DNA from: Candidatus Hydrogenedentota bacterium
GTDB taxonomy: Bacteria; Hydrogenedentota; Hydrogenedentia; Hydrogenedentales; SLHB01
Direction: 5' to 3'
Length of the DNA stretch: 64,000 bases
Assembly (NCBI GenBank): GCA_963745075.1
Contig: CAVUWV010000014.1
Span: 96,001-160,000, forward strand
In this document: in pieces, positions 20,448-31,637 of the stretch
Numbering within the stretch: position 1 is the first letter of the stretch
Layout: every line of letters starts with the position of its first letter
Notes under the pieces: model-generated
Databases searched by the model: none
What the model was told of the DNA's origin: nothing
The model's input: the letters and a program-made list of their open reading frames with translations, nothing else
Translations under genes and position numbers: made by a program

Positions 20448-21710
20448 ATGAGAAATTTGCTCCGTCCGCACTCGCATACAATCCAATTGATAGTCTGCGG
20501 CCTCGCTTGTATGTCGTGCGCGTTCGCGCAGGATGCGAGCCTCACGCTGGACCAACTGCGCGCCGCGCGCGAGGAAGCGGCCCACAAGACGCGCCGCATC
20601 ATCATGAACAACGACGGCAACGATGCGCGCACGAAGAATCAGGAGCACACGGTCGAGAACTTCCTCGCGAACCGGACGTCTCCGTTGGTGGGGTCGCAAG
20701 TCGACGCGGTGTTCTATTGTACGGGCGTGTTTAACCTGTACACCCACGCGAGCGAGGAGTCGGAACTGCGCGGTCATGGCGACCGGGAAGCCCTGGATTG
20801 GGCCTGGGAACTTACGAAGCAGGGGACGGATTCGCTGACCGAGATCATCCGATTCTGTCACACGAACGGGATGGAAGCCTTCTGGTCGATGCGGATGAAC
20901 GACACCCACGACTCGGGTGACGACGCGCTGCTGTGCCAATGGAAGCAGGATCATCCTGAGTACCTGATGGGGAAGAAGGGGAACAAGTTTCCCCACGGCG
21001 GCGGACGCTGGTCGGCGGTGAACTACGGCCTGCCCGAAGTGCGCGACAAGGTCTTCCGAATACTCGTGGATGTCTGCGCGCGCTATGACGTGGACGGTAT
21101 CGAGCTGGATTTCTTCCGGCACCCGGTCTACTTCAAACCCCAGATGACCGGCGACCCAGTCACGCAGGAACAGTGCGACCAGATGACCGAGCTGATTCGC
21201 CGCGTGCGCATCATGACTGAGATGATCGGTATGAAACGCGGGCGACCGCTCCTCATTGCCATCCGCGTCCCCGATTCGCTGGGGTATGCCAAGGGGATCG
21301 GGCTCGACTGGGAAGCGTGGTTGAAACAAGACCTCGTCGATAACGTGTCGCTCAGCGGCTACTTCCATCTCGAACCCTGGGAGAACATGGTCGCTATCGG
21401 CAAACAGTACGACGTGCCGGTCTACGCCTGCCTCAGCGGCTCCCGCGTGGTGTCCGCCTCAAACCCCGAGGGAAGCCGTCCCGACCGGCAGGCCGCATGG
21501 GAAGCCGAGGCGCGCGCCGCGTTGGAAGCCGGCGTCAGCGGGATTTACACCTTTAATCTGTTTGATCCCAAGAGTCCACTGTTCCACGAAATGGGGAGCT
21601 TGGACACTCTGCCGAAGTCCGACGGACCCTACAAACAAATCACCGGCGACCCGAAGGTCATAGACCGATGGCTGAAGGGCGGGAGCACATTCCTGAAATT
21701 GCCGGAATAG
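20448..21710 (+). CDS. Exported glycoside hydrolase-like TIM-barrel protein (GHL10/DUF187-like)
   Basis: Signal peptide; IMNNDGND, SMRMNDTHD, YDVDGIELDFFRH, SGIYTFN. Confidence 0.7.
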   Translation: MRNLLRPHSHTIQLIVCGLACMSCAFAQDASLTLDQLRAAREEAAHKTRRIIMNNDGNDARTKNQEHTVENFLANRTSPLVGSQVDAVFYCTGVFNLYTHASEESELRGHGDREALDWAWELTKQGTDSLTEIIRFCHTNGMEAFWSMRMNDTHDSGDDALLCQWKQDHPEYLMGKKGNKFPHGGGRWSAVNYGLPEVRDKVFRILVDVCARYDVDGIELDFFRHPVYFKPQMTGDPVTQEQCDQMTELIRRVRIMTEMIGMKRGRPLLIAIRVPDSLGYAKGIGLDWEAWLKQDLVDNVSLSGYFHLEPWENMVAIGKQYDVPVYACLSGSRVVSASNPEGSRPDRQAAWEAEARAALEAGVSGIYTFNLFDPKSPLFHEMGSLDTLPKSDGPYKQITGDPKVIDRWLKGGSTFLKLPE

Positions 21711-21749
21711 CGACGGCTCGTTGTGAACCGCCGCGGGTGTCCCGCGCGC

Positions 21750-23237
21750 CTACTTGTCTACCCAGAATGAATAGAGCTTTGCATTGCGCAAGGTGAAGCG
21801 CAGTCGCACGGGGCGCGTTCCGAACTCGCTCAGGTTGCCTTTCTCCCAGCGCACCGCAATTGCGGGGCAATCGCCGGTGACCGGCGCGGAAGTCGCCAGG
21901 ACTTCTCCCGCGACGTCGAGCACCACGACTTGCAGTTCGCCGTCTGTCGCGTCGGCGTTCACGGACAGCCGATTCCCCGGGAATACGAACGGCTTGGTGA
22001 CCAACGTTCCCGGCTCTTGCCCGGCGTCCAGCGAGATGAATCCGTCGCGTCGCAAGACGGCCAGACAGATCGCCCCGGACCGTAGGTCCGCGTCCTCGGG
22101 TTTGGCGCGATACTTGATGCCCGTGTAGTAGAACCAGAGTTCATCTCCATGCACCACGGGTGCGCTTGGCGGGAGGATCTGCACGGTGTCGTAGGCTCCC
22201 TCGCCGACCGGTGATGGTCCGATAAACGCTTGGCGATCCCCGAGCCGCTGCCACGTATGCAGGTCCCGGCTGCAGGCAAGCTCGATCAAATGAAACCCGT
22301 CGGTGTTACCCTCCGGTAACTTGCCCGTGGAATGGTACACTGCCAGCGCCGCCACGTAGAGCCCTTCGTAGCGAAAGAGCCCCACGTTGTAAATGTCTGC
22401 GTTGTAGTCGGCGGGATCGTTGTAGAGAGGATGCTGCAATTTCGGGTCCGCGAAGCGCGCCTGAATGTTCTGTTTGGCACGTTCCTGGTCCTCCGCATCC
22501 GCGTGGAAGATCATTTCCGGTTCCGTCCAATGCTCGAAATCTGTGCTGGTCGATATTCCGTGCGCACGGCCGTACGGGCCGGACTGTTTCAGCGTCGCAA
22601 TGAAGGTGTGTGTCAAAAGGTCGTAGGTCAAATTCGATTCGTCTTGGGACGGAATCTCCGGAACTTCCAGGCGACGCCAGTGGATGCCGTCAGGGCTGAC
22701 GATGGGTTGGCGCCCGTAGCACCCCAGAAATCCCTTATAGCGCCGGTTGGGATCCGGGTCGTCAGTGTCGTACACGGTGTTTTCGATCGCGTTTTCCGGC
22801 CACTGCATGGTGGGATCGAGGGCAACGAAATTGTTTTCACGGGAACCGCGAAACGCGTATTGCCCCAGGTTCGGTTTTGTCCACGCGATCCCGTCCCTGC
22901 TTTCCACGTAGGTGGTGCCCGCCGCTCCCGGGTCCGGGGTGGACGTAATGAGCCACAGCTTGTAGCATTGCTCCGCCTCGTCCCACGCGGGGGCGCTGCG
23001 CGTTTGAAGCGAAGTTTCCCACTCCCGATCTGGCACGATAACCGCGCCCTTCTTTACCGGACAGTGCATGCTTCGCGTGAGGCCTTCGACACGCTCAATG
23101 CAGAAGTCGTCAAGAAACAAGTGCCGCTGTCCCGCGGAGATTTCCAGAGCCGGTTCTTCCGCCGTCGCATGGTGTTCAGGCGTTGGCACTGCCGCAAATC
23201 CGGCGACCGCCAGAATTACCAGGGCGCCTGTGACCAT
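21750..23237 (-). CDS. Exported five-bladed beta-propeller glycosidase-like protein (GH32/GH43-like)
   Basis: HLFLDD, Asp-box-like ESRDGIAW, SPDGIHW, SRDLHTW; LRRDGFISL; C-terminal AKLYSF. Confidence 0.7.
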   Translation of the reverse strand: MVTGALVILAVAGFAAVPTPEHHATAEEPALEISAGQRHLFLDDFCIERVEGLTRSMHCPVKKGAVIVPDREWETSLQTRSAPAWDEAEQCYKLWLITSTPDPGAAGTTYVESRDGIAWTKPNLGQYAFRGSRENNFVALDPTMQWPENAIENTVYDTDDPDPNRRYKGFLGCYGRQPIVSPDGIHWRRLEVPEIPSQDESNLTYDLLTHTFIATLKQSGPYGRAHGISTSTDFEHWTEPEMIFHADAEDQERAKQNIQARFADPKLQHPLYNDPADYNADIYNVGLFRYEGLYVAALAVYHSTGKLPEGNTDGFHLIELACSRDLHTWQRLGDRQAFIGPSPVGEGAYDTVQILPPSAPVVHGDELWFYYTGIKYRAKPEDADLRSGAICLAVLRRDGFISLDAGQEPGTLVTKPFVFPGNRLSVNADATDGELQVVVLDVAGEVLATSAPVTGDCPAIAVRWEKGNLSEFGTRPVRLRFTLRNAKLYSFWVDK

Positions 23238-23607
23238 GTCGGGTCCCTTTCCGTTGGGTACTTTGTTGGAGTGGCCATCGCTTTCGCGTCGCCACATCTT
23301 ATCATTCCCGCCGTCCGGTCGAGAACGAATCAGACGCCCTGGGTAAGTAAGCGAATTTCGCACGAACGGAAGCAGGTTCACCGCCCGTCACATTCATCGG
23401 CAGGATTCGTGAGGAAATCGTCACATGGAGGGCCACGACCGTCATCGCCCAAAACCCCGTTCGGAAACCCTACCCATCATATCGCGTGATTGCTTTCCAC
23501 GGAGGTTTCTTGTATCTTTGAGTACTAGAGTACTGGCTTTCGGGAAGGTGTCTGCCCGAAAGCGAGAACGATGTGGGCTCAGCTACCCGGGCGTGGGAGA
23601 AACGACT

Positions 23608-23955
23608 ATGGCGACATCGAAAAAGAAGAAGAGCGGCGTGCAGGAATTGCTTAGCATGGCCGGAAGATTCGTTGAGAAGCAACGCGGCAAATGGGAACAC
23701 AAGGATTGGGAAGTCTTCCTGGATCACGTGAACAAGGCGGGCGTGGAACTCACGGACGAAGTCAAGCGGAACCTCGGCAATGTCCTCGAGGCCAGCAAAC
23801 ACTTCTACTCGAAAGTTTCCGTCGTGCCCGACAAACCGAAGGCTAAGCCAAAGACGAAACGCAAGGCAAAAGCCAAGCCCAAGCCCAAGACGAAATCAAA
23901 AGCGAAACCCAAGACGAAAAGCAAGGCCCGTGCAAAGCGGAAGGCGTCGGCTTGA
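23608..23955 (+). CDS. Small protein with helical domain and Lys/Ala/Pro-rich histone H1-like tail
   Basis: 115 aa; C-terminal KPKAKPKTKRKAKAKPKPKTKSKAKPKTKSKARAKRKASA; GGAG RBS. Confidence 0.75.
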   Translation: MATSKKKKSGVQELLSMAGRFVEKQRGKWEHKDWEVFLDHVNKAGVELTDEVKRNLGNVLEASKHFYSKVSVVPDKPKAKPKTKRKAKAKPKPKTKSKAKPKTKSKARAKRKASA

Positions 23956-24003
23956 TACCTTGCAGTCCTTGACGGTGTAGTCCGTCTGATGCGACGACCT
24001 TAG

Positions 24004-24102
24004 ACAAGATAGGTTCCCGCTCTCGCGGAGGTGACGATTCGGGGCGTTTGTTACGCGTTAGTTCTTCTACGTCATTTTCGCGAAAGCGGGAACCTATCTT
24101 GT
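24004..24102. repeat. REP-like inverted pair of the GTCATTCCCGCGAAAGCGGGAA type
   Basis: ACAAGATAGGTTCCCGCTCTCGCGGAGGTGACG ... CGTCATTTTCGCGAAAGCGGGAACCTATCTTGT. Confidence 0.7.
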
Positions 24103-24147
24103 TCGATCATTGCTTCCGCACGCCGTTTTGAGTGGAAAGGAGTCGTC

Positions 24148-25032
24148 ATGTTCAGACTGGGCATTCTCGGATCGGACAACAGCCACGCCGACCGGTTCAG
24201 CCAACTCGCCAACCTCGAGAACGGGGTCGACGGCAAGAGAATCGACGATGTCCAGGTCACGCACATCTACGGCACGGACCCCGGCCGTACGAAGGAGGTC
24301 GCGGAAAACGGCAACATCCCGAACATCGTATCGCGCGGCCAGGACATGCTTGGTCAGGTCGACGGCGTAATCTGCGTCTGGCGCCATGGGAGCAAACACA
24401 TGTCGGAAACGCTGCCTTTTCTCGAGGCGGGCATTCCCGCCTTTGTGGACAAGCCTCTGGCCGCCAGTGTCGCCGACGCGCGAAACCTCATCGACGCGGC
24501 CGAAAAATCTAGCGTCGGCCTGACATCCTTCTCCACGCTCCGCTTCGCGAAACCCACCATTGAATTCGTTTCGTCACTGCCCAAGGCAATCGGCGCCCCG
24601 GTTTCCGGCATCAGCACTGGCCCCGCCGATCTCAACAGTAAATATGACGGCATCTTCTTCTACGGCATCCACGCCGTCGAACTCATGAACGCGACGTTCG
24701 GCTACGGCTGCGAATCCGTTTCCGCGACGGCCCATGGGGACAACTGCGTCGCGATCTGCACGTTTCCCGGAGGCGTAGTCGTGACCCTCAACCTTCTCGG
24801 CAAGGCCGCGTACGTGTTTCACGTTTCCGCGTTCGGAACCGAGGGGTATCGGGATTTTCTCGTTGACAGTTCGACGGCCTATTACGACGGAATGCAGATA
24901 TTCGTGGAAACCATGCGTACCGGAAAGTGGCCGTTCACCCGCGATCGATTACTGGAACCGGTCAAGATCCTTGCGGCTATCGATCGGTCGCTGGCCGAAA
25001 AGCGCACAATCTTGCTCACTGAAGTTATGTAA
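24148..25032 (+). CDS. Gfo/Idh/MocA family oxidoreductase
   Basis: RLGILGSDNSH, FVDKPLA, FFYGIHAVE; AAAGGAG RBS. Confidence 0.85.
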   Translation: MFRLGILGSDNSHADRFSQLANLENGVDGKRIDDVQVTHIYGTDPGRTKEVAENGNIPNIVSRGQDMLGQVDGVICVWRHGSKHMSETLPFLEAGIPAFVDKPLAASVADARNLIDAAEKSSVGLTSFSTLRFAKPTIEFVSSLPKAIGAPVSGISTGPADLNSKYDGIFFYGIHAVELMNATFGYGCESVSATAHGDNCVAICTFPGGVVVTLNLLGKAAYVFHVSAFGTEGYRDFLVDSSTAYYDGMQIFVETMRTGKWPFTRDRLLEPVKILAAIDRSLAEKRTILLTEVM

Positions 25033-25085
25033 GAGCACGTAGCAAGAGGGCAGGCAATCTCGGGGGTGGTTTCTTGCCGACGCAA

Positions 25086-27254
25086 TCAGTTCGACTCATT
25101 CGGGGATGGAGAACGCCAGGTTTGGCTCTCTTCCGTCAGATAGGCGTCCAACCGTTTAGACCAGCGGTCCACGATTTCGGGATGCGTAGTCGCAACGTCC
25201 TCCGGCGTTTTTCCCGCAGGCAGCAGCGTGAGATCGTAAAGCGCTGCGTTCGGCGCGCTTGCGGTACCCGTTCCGTCAAAGGGACTCCGTTGTGAAGACC
25301 AATACAGCCGCCACCGGTCGTTGCGCAACGTGAGCACGATCGGATCGCCCGCCATGGAAGTCGGTTCGACCGAAACCGGATTGTCGATCAGGCTGCGGCC
25401 CCCGGCGAAGGAGATTCCCGCCATCGCACCGAGGGTCGGCGCCACCTCTTCCAACGCCGCCAAATCCCGGCGGACCACCGGATCCACACCCGGCGCGGCA
25501 ATCCAAATGGGAATCCGCAAAACCGATTCCGTCAGTTTGGGCGGCGGCGTAAAATCCGCCCCGTGGGTGGCCGTAATGAGAAGGCAGGTGTTGTCGCCTT
25601 GGTCCGTTCCACGGAGTTCCCGGACAAACTCGCCGATCTGCTCGTCCAGGTATCGAAGCCCCGCGTCATAGATTGCGTCCGGAGATGGCGAGGCCTTTCC
25701 GGATGTCTTCAGATCGCCGTACCGCTCCCGGTACGTCATGTCGCGTAATTCCGTGAGCGAGATTACAACCAGGAACCGGGACTGCTGGTTCCGCGCAATC
25801 CATCGTAGCGCACGCTTCAGCGTTGCGGCGGAACCAGCGACCTTCGCCGGCGTATCCTCCGCGTCATCCGCGGCGTCCTCGTCTCCCGGCGAATACGCGA
25901 CATCGTACTGTTCGAACCCGCGCTCAAATCCGCTGCCATAGGCAAAGTCCGGCCGCGCGTCCGCCTCCGTGAACGCAGCCGTTGTGAAGTGGGCGTCGCC
26001 CAACGCTTCGGCGAGCGTGGGGCAATCGGCAGGCAGGGGACCTTGGTGTTTGCCGAGGTATCCGTGGCGAAGGGGACTCGTTCCCGTCAGCAAAGTCATG
26101 ATCGCCGCTGACGGGTCGGGGGCCGGAGTGTACGCGTTCGGAAAGACCACCGCCGTCTGCCCGAGATGATCCAGAAACGGCGTCACGTCTTTCCTATCCC
26201 CAAGCGCGGATACGCGGTCCGTTCCCAACCCGTCGACGACCAGCACAACGTAACTTGAACCGGTCTGCGGATTGTCAGCGGCCAGATGTACGTACGGTCC
26301 GGACACCATGACGCGCCGGCCGTCCGAGATGATGGGCCGGATTCCAAGGACCGACCGCCACTTGGGCTCCTGCTCCTGGTACCACGTCACGATGCACCGC
26401 GTCAGACCGTCCGGAACCTCGTGCGGCGGAACCTGCATCACCGTCCAGCCACTTTCCTCAAAGGGGACCCAGGCACTGTAGTCCTTGTTCTCGTTCCCCT
26501 TCATGGACACCGTTGCAAACACGCCGGGGAGGGGTTCGTCGTCCGACTCCTCGGCCAGCGGCGCCCATCGGACGGTCAGCCCGGCGCCGGATGTTCCCGG
26601 TACCTCAATGTCGATAACGGATCCCTCGGGAAGGGCCCGCGCCATGCTGTATGCGCCGTCGAACTCGTACGCTTCGGCGGTACCCATCGCTTGGGGCTGG
26701 AAGTGTCGCAGGCTGTCCAACCACCATGTGAAGGGGATATACGCGCCCAGGCAAAACAACCCCACCGCCGCAACCCAGAACAAGCTGCCGTATCGCGGCC
26801 CGGTTTCGCTGTGCAGAATGGCATAGAAGGTGAACAGCTTGAGTACCGTATGGAGGCCAACGAAAGCTCCAAGAAACAGCAGCGGTGTAAATTTATCGAG
26901 TGCCGGGTGAGGCCACGCGATGGTCACACCCATCAGCGGCGGCAACAGGACGAGTGCGGCAAGGTGGGACACGCAATCCGCGAGGATCGGCGCGTGCGAA
27001 CGGGTCGGCCAAATCAGCCGTATCACGGTCATAAACAATAGCTGGGTGGCGATATACGTGCTTGCAGCGCCGCAGGCCACGGCGACACCCGCCTGAAATT
27101 CGGGTATGTATCCCGCCTCCGCGAGCAAGGTGCGGAAAAATACCCCCACGATCCCCGCGGACACTCCCAGCGTCAACAAGTATATGGCAAGCACGGTGTT
27201 CCCTGAACGGCGTTTTGGGCCAAGATCTCCTACACGCGGGCCACACGGTACCAC
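25086..27254 (-). CDS. Membrane-anchored sulfatase-like (alkaline phosphatase superfamily) protein with degenerate active site
   Basis: About 5 N-terminal TMs; VVDGLGTD, TPFLD, AYTPAPDPSAA, ITATHG; start probably GTG 27194. Confidence 0.7.
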   Translation of the reverse strand: MVPCGPRVGDLGPKRRSGNTVLAIYLLTLGVSAGIVGVFFRTLLAEAGYIPEFQAGVAVACGAASTYIATQLLFMTVIRLIWPTRSHAPILADCVSHLAALVLLPPLMGVTIAWPHPALDKFTPLLFLGAFVGLHTVLKLFTFYAILHSETGPRYGSLFWVAAVGLFCLGAYIPFTWWLDSLRHFQPQAMGTAEAYEFDGAYSMARALPEGSVIDIEVPGTSGAGLTVRWAPLAEESDDEPLPGVFATVSMKGNENKDYSAWVPFEESGWTVMQVPPHEVPDGLTRCIVTWYQEQEPKWRSVLGIRPIISDGRRVMVSGPYVHLAADNPQTGSSYVVLVVDGLGTDRVSALGDRKDVTPFLDHLGQTAVVFPNAYTPAPDPSAAIMTLLTGTSPLRHGYLGKHQGPLPADCPTLAEALGDAHFTTAAFTEADARPDFAYGSGFERGFEQYDVAYSPGDEDAADDAEDTPAKVAGSAATLKRALRWIARNQQSRFLVVISLTELRDMTYRERYGDLKTSGKASPSPDAIYDAGLRYLDEQIGEFVRELRGTDQGDNTCLLITATHGADFTPPPKLTESVLRIPIWIAAPGVDPVVRRDLAALEEVAPTLGAMAGISFAGGRSLIDNPVSVEPTSMAGDPIVLTLRNDRWRLYWSSQRSPFDGTGTASAPNAALYDLTLLPAGKTPEDVATTHPEIVDRWSKRLDAYLTEESQTWRSPSPNESN

Positions 27255-27428
27255 GGCGGCCCAGGAGCGGCCAAATCAGTTACCCCGGTTTGTTTTGAAA
27301 GTCATGGTCTGGTAGCATTTTGTGTTGCCGATCCTGGAACAAAACCGCGCATTTGTCGCGTTTAATCACAATGGCGTCGCGCCCTCGCATGAGCGGTTGA
27401 CCCTACAACGTGGAGTACCAAGCCAATC

Positions 27429-30173
27429 TTGCTGAATACAGTTCTTAAGTCCTTATTTGGCACGAGCAAAGAGCGCCAGATCAAACGCCTGCTTCCGCTC
27501 CTGAGTGAAGTGCGTTCCCGCGAAGCCAATGTCGTGGCGATGACCAACGACGAGTTGCGCGCCCAGACCGGACGGCTGAAAGAACGCCTTGCCGAGGGTG
27601 AAACGCTCGACGACATCCTCCCCGAAGCCTTCGCGGTCTGTAGCGAAGCCGCCAAACGGGTTACCGGCATGCGGCCCTTCGACGTACAGATCATCGGCGG
27701 CATTGTGTTGCACCAGGGTTCCATCGCCGAGATGGTCACCGGTGAAGGCAAAACCCTGGTGGCGACCCTGCCGGTGTATCTCAACGCCTTGGCCGGTCAG
27801 GGCGTGCACGTGGTTACGGTCAACGACTACCTGGCGCGCCGCGACCGCGAGTGGATGGGTCCCATCTATGAATTTCTCGGCCTGACCGTCGGTCTCATCC
27901 AGCACGATATGTCCCAAGCCGAACGGCAGGTCGGCTACCGCGCGGACATCACCTACGGCACCAACAACGAATTCGGTTTCGACTATCTGCGCGACAACAG
28001 CATTGCGCGCCGCCCGGAACACCGTGTGCAGCGGACGTTGAACTACGCGATTATCGACGAAATCGACTCGATTCTTGTCGATGAGGCCCGGACCCCGCTC
28101 ATTATCTCGGGGCGTCCGGAAAAGAGCACTGATCTCTACTTCAAGGTCGACGAAGTAGTCCGTCAGCTCAAGCGGGACGTACATTACGAAGTTGAAGAGA
28201 AGCACCGGCACGTACTGATGACGGAAGAAGGCATGCCCCTGGTCGAAAAGCTCATGGGCGTGGAAAACCTCTACACGGAAGACCTGGGTATCGTCCACAT
28301 GATCGAACAGGCCATCCGGGCCCATACGCTCTACAAGCGCGACGACGAATATGTCGTCCGAAACGGGGAAGTGCTCATCGTCGACGAATTCACCGGCCGC
28401 ACCATGGAGGGCCGGCGCTTCTCGGACGGGCTCCACCAAGCCCTCGAAGCCAAAGAACGCGTGGCGGTCCAGTTCGAAACCCAGACCATTGCCAGCATCA
28501 CGTACCAGAACCTTTTCAAGCTCTACAACAAGATCGCCGGCATGACCGGTACCGCCGCCACCGAGGCCCACGAATTCGCCGAAATCTACAACCTTGACGT
28601 GGTGCAGATTCCCACCAACCTTCCTTTAATTCGTGAAGACCAGACCGACCTGGTGTTCGCCACCGAATTGGGGAAATTCCGCCATGTCATCGACGAGATT
28701 TCATACGTCCATGAAAGCGGTCGTCCCGTTCTCGTGGGCACCGTGTCCATCGAAAAATCCGAGGTAGTGGCCAAACTGCTTGAAGAACGCGGAATCCACG
28801 AGCACCAGGTGCTCAACGCGAAGCATCATGAACGCGAAGCCGCGATCATCAGCAACGCCGGTAAACAGGGCGCCATTACCATCGCCACCAACATGGCCGG
28901 CCGCGGAACCGATATCAAACTCGGTGAAGGTGTCCGGGAACTGGGTGGACTGGCCATCATCGGTACCGAGCGGCACGAGTCCCGGCGTATCGATAACCAG
29001 CTCCGCGGCCGTTGTGGCCGTCAGGGCGACCCGGGAACGACCCGGTTCTTCCTCAGCCTCGAAGACGAGGTCGCCCGGCTTTTCGGCGGTGATAAGGTGA
29101 AACGCCTCCTGGAGTGGACCGGCAGCCAGCAGGACATGGACGAGGAGCCCTTGGGCCAGCGCATGGTATCCCGTTCCATCGAACGGGCCCAGCGCCAGGT
29201 TGAAGAGTTTAATTTCGAGGCGCGTAAACACCTCAAGGAATACGACGACGTCAACAACAAGCAGCGTCAGATCATTTACGGCATTCGCCGCGAGGTCCTC
29301 GAAGATCGCGACGTTTCCGGACGCATCCGCGACATGTTCGAAAACGGCGTCGTCGAAATGATCGACCAGTACGCGCCGGAAGACTCGTTGCCGGACGACT
29401 GGGACCTTGAAGGGTTGGAAGCCCGGTTTACGCATCTCTTTGGCTTTGTTCCCGACATCGCCGGCCGGGACGAAGAGACGCCAAAACCGCTCATCGAGGA
29501 ATTGCTCGACCAGGTTACGGAAGAATACGAACGGCGCGAATCCCTTATCGCCGACGAGTACCGAAGCAGCTACCGGGAGCAAATCGGCGGCGACGAATCC
29601 AAGATCGACTTCGCCAAACTCGGGCGCCGCTACGTGCACAACCTCGAAAAGATGGCCCTCTTGGATGCGGTGGACGACAAGTGGATCGACCACCTGTATT
29701 CCATGGACTATCTGCGGGATGCGGTCCGGCTCCGCGCCTTCGGTCAGAAAGATCCCCTGGTCGAGTACAAGGCCGAGGGCTTCGAGTTGTTCGAGAGCAT
29801 GATGTCGAACATCGAGGAAACCGTGATCCAGTTGCTCTTCCGTCTAACGGACCCGGAAATCCGCAAGCGCCGCACCCAGGATTTGCGCCAGGGAACCTTG
29901 ACGGCCAAGAACGACCCCTTCGCGCAGATCTCCGAGTATGCGATGGTCGGCGCCGACAAGCAGCAGGATCGGAGTTTCGCTTCCTACGACACCAGCCGCT
30001 TCAACCTGGCCGGCCAGTCCGCTGCAGCGCGTGCGGCCGGCGCGCCGACCGATGGGTCCGAGAAGCCCAAGGCTATGCCGATTCGTCGCACCACGCCGGC
30101 CATCGGACCGAACGATCCGTGCCCGTGCGGCAGCGGTAAAAAGTACAAAAAGTGCTGCGGACGTGTAAACTAA
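27429..30173 (+). CDS. secA: Preprotein translocase ATPase SecA
   Basis: [65 protein letters not shown]-terminal [13 protein letters not shown]. Confidence 0.99.
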   Translation: MLNTVLKSLFGTSKERQIKRLLPLLSEVRSREANVVAMTNDELRAQTGRLKERLAEGETLDDILPEAFAVCSEAAKRVTGMRPFDVQIIGGIVLHQGSIAEMVTGEGKTLVATLPVYLNALAGQGVHVVTVNDYLARRDREWMGPIYEFLGLTVGLIQHDMSQAERQVGYRADITYGTNNEFGFDYLRDNSIARRPEHRVQRTLNYAIIDEIDSILVDEARTPLIISGRPEKSTDLYFKVDEVVRQLKRDVHYEVEEKHRHVLMTEEGMPLVEKLMGVENLYTEDLGIVHMIEQAIRAHTLYKRDDEYVVRNGEVLIVDEFTGRTMEGRRFSDGLHQALEAKERVAVQFETQTIASITYQNLFKLYNKIAGMTGTAATEAHEFAEIYNLDVVQIPTNLPLIREDQTDLVFATELGKFRHVIDEISYVHESGRPVLVGTVSIEKSEVVAKLLEERGIHEHQVLNAKHHEREAAIISNAGKQGAITIATNMAGRGTDIKLGEGVRELGGLAIIGTERHESRRIDNQLRGRCGRQGDPGTTRFFLSLEDEVARLFGGDKVKRLLEWTGSQQDMDEEPLGQRMVSRSIERAQRQVEEFNFEARKHLKEYDDVNNKQRQIIYGIRREVLEDRDVSGRIRDMFENGVVEMIDQYAPEDSLPDDWDLEGLEARFTHLFGFVPDIAGRDEETPKPLIEELLDQVTEEYERRESLIADEYRSSYREQIGGDESKIDFAKLGRRYVHNLEKMALLDAVDDKWIDHLYSMDYLRDAVRLRAFGQKDPLVEYKAEGFELFESMMSNIEETVIQLLFRLTDPEIRKRRTQDLRQGTLTAKNDPFAQISEYAMVGADKQQDRSFASYDTSRFNLAGQSAAARAAGAPTDGSEKPKAMPIRRTTPAIGPNDPCPCGSGKKYKKCCGRVN

Positions 30174-30236
30174 TGGATTCGTTACGCCGCCTGCGGACAC
30201 CGCTCCCGTTCCCACAACCATGTGCAATTCTTTGAC

Positions 30237-30265
30237 TTGACTCCTTTCTAGAAGACGTGTACACT
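30237..30265 (+). promoter_or_regulatory. Sigma70-type promoter upstream of ispH-shc-hpnH
   Basis: TTGACT-N17-TACACT. Confidence 0.55.
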
Positions 30266-30534
30266 TGAACCGGGCCTGGGAGAGGGGATTCCTACGGGAA
30301 TTCAAACTGGGTGAGGTGCTTTATCTGCGTTTCTGCTACACGATGGTTCGCATGATGTCTTGGTGACGTTCCGGAGCGAGCGTAATTACCTCGTGTATCA
30401 CCGGTCAAAGTATCCCGGTATGTGAACCTCCTGATATTCCCGCATGTTCTCATGAAGGGGGTATCGTCTCGTGAGCGGATTCGGTTGAGCACAAACGTCG
30501 AACGTAGTACAGCGAAGGGAAGGAGGCCCGGCGC

Positions 30535-31479
30535 ATGGCCATCAAGCGTGTGGTGCTCGCAAACCCTCGAGGATTCTGCGCGGGGGTCGTTCGTGCCATC
30601 GACATCGTCGAGCACGTACTGAATATTTTGCCCCCGCCGATTTACGTCTTTCACGAGATCGTCCACAACCGTCACGTCGTCGAGCGATTGCGGGAACGGG
30701 GGGCGGTTTTCGTCAATGATGTCGCCGATATTCCTTCCGACTCCGTATGCATCTTCAGCGCACATGGGATCTCACCGGCCGTCCGTCAGCTTGCCAAAGA
30801 CCGCAAACTCCAGGTCATCGACGCCACGTGCCCCTTAGTGACCAAAGTGCATCTGGAAGTCATTCGGTACGCAAAATCGGGGTATTCGCTCATCCTCATC
30901 GGTCATGCGGGCCACGAGGAAGTGCAAGGAACGATGGGCGAAGCCCCCATGCATCTCGTCAGCACCGTGGAAGACGTGGACGGATTGCAGGTCGAGAACC
31001 CGGACAAGATTATCTACTTGACACAGACCACGCTCAGCCTTGACGATACGCTACGTATTGTTGAGGCATTGCGCCGGAAATACCCGAAAGTGGAGTCGCC
31101 TCCCAAGGACGACATTTGTTACGCCACCCAGAACCGGCAGAACGCCGTGAAGGAGCTGGCTTCTCAGGTGGACGTGGTCCTGGTGACCGGGTCGCAGAAC
31201 AGTTCGAACTCCCAGCGATTGTGCGAGGTGGCCCATAGTTTGGGCGTGCCCTCATACCTTATCAACGACGAGACCGAGATACAGGAAGCCTGGTTCACCG
31301 ACGCCGAAGTTGTCGGGGTGACGGCCGGCGCATCGGCCCCGGAAGCGTGTGTGGATCGCGTGGTGCGCCATCTGCAATTGCTCGGCGCTGCGGAGGTCGA
31401 CGAGTTGCACGCGGCCAAGGAGAAGGTGCATTTCTCCATGCCGCGTGAAGTGCTAAGTCTCGCGGAACAAGTGTCTTGA
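30535..31479 (+). CDS. ispH: 4-hydroxy-3-methylbut-2-enyl diphosphate reductase
   Basis: PRGFCAGV, EIVHN, SAHG, DATCPLV, HEEV, TQTT, ICYATQNRQ, SSNS, TAGAS. Confidence 0.98.
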   Translation: MAIKRVVLANPRGFCAGVVRAIDIVEHVLNILPPPIYVFHEIVHNRHVVERLRERGAVFVNDVADIPSDSVCIFSAHGISPAVRQLAKDRKLQVIDATCPLVTKVHLEVIRYAKSGYSLILIGHAGHEEVQGTMGEAPMHLVSTVEDVDGLQVENPDKIIYLTQTTLSLDDTLRIVEALRRKYPKVESPPKDDICYATQNRQNAVKELASQVDVVLVTGSQNSSNSQRLCEVAHSLGVPSYLINDETEIQEAWFTDAEVVGVTAGASAPEACVDRVVRHLQLLGAAEVDELHAAKEKVHFSMPREVLSLAEQVS

Positions 31480-31637
31480 AGCGGAAGACGTAACCGTAGC
31501 GTCGAAACACATGCGGCAGACGTGGGTATACATACGAAGTGACATTCGATGCTCACCGTTGCTCGATCGCGTGGTACGCGTCGCAACGACTGAATAAGGC
31601 GACAGGGACTGTCGCATTTGCGAAAGGGTTGGAGAAG

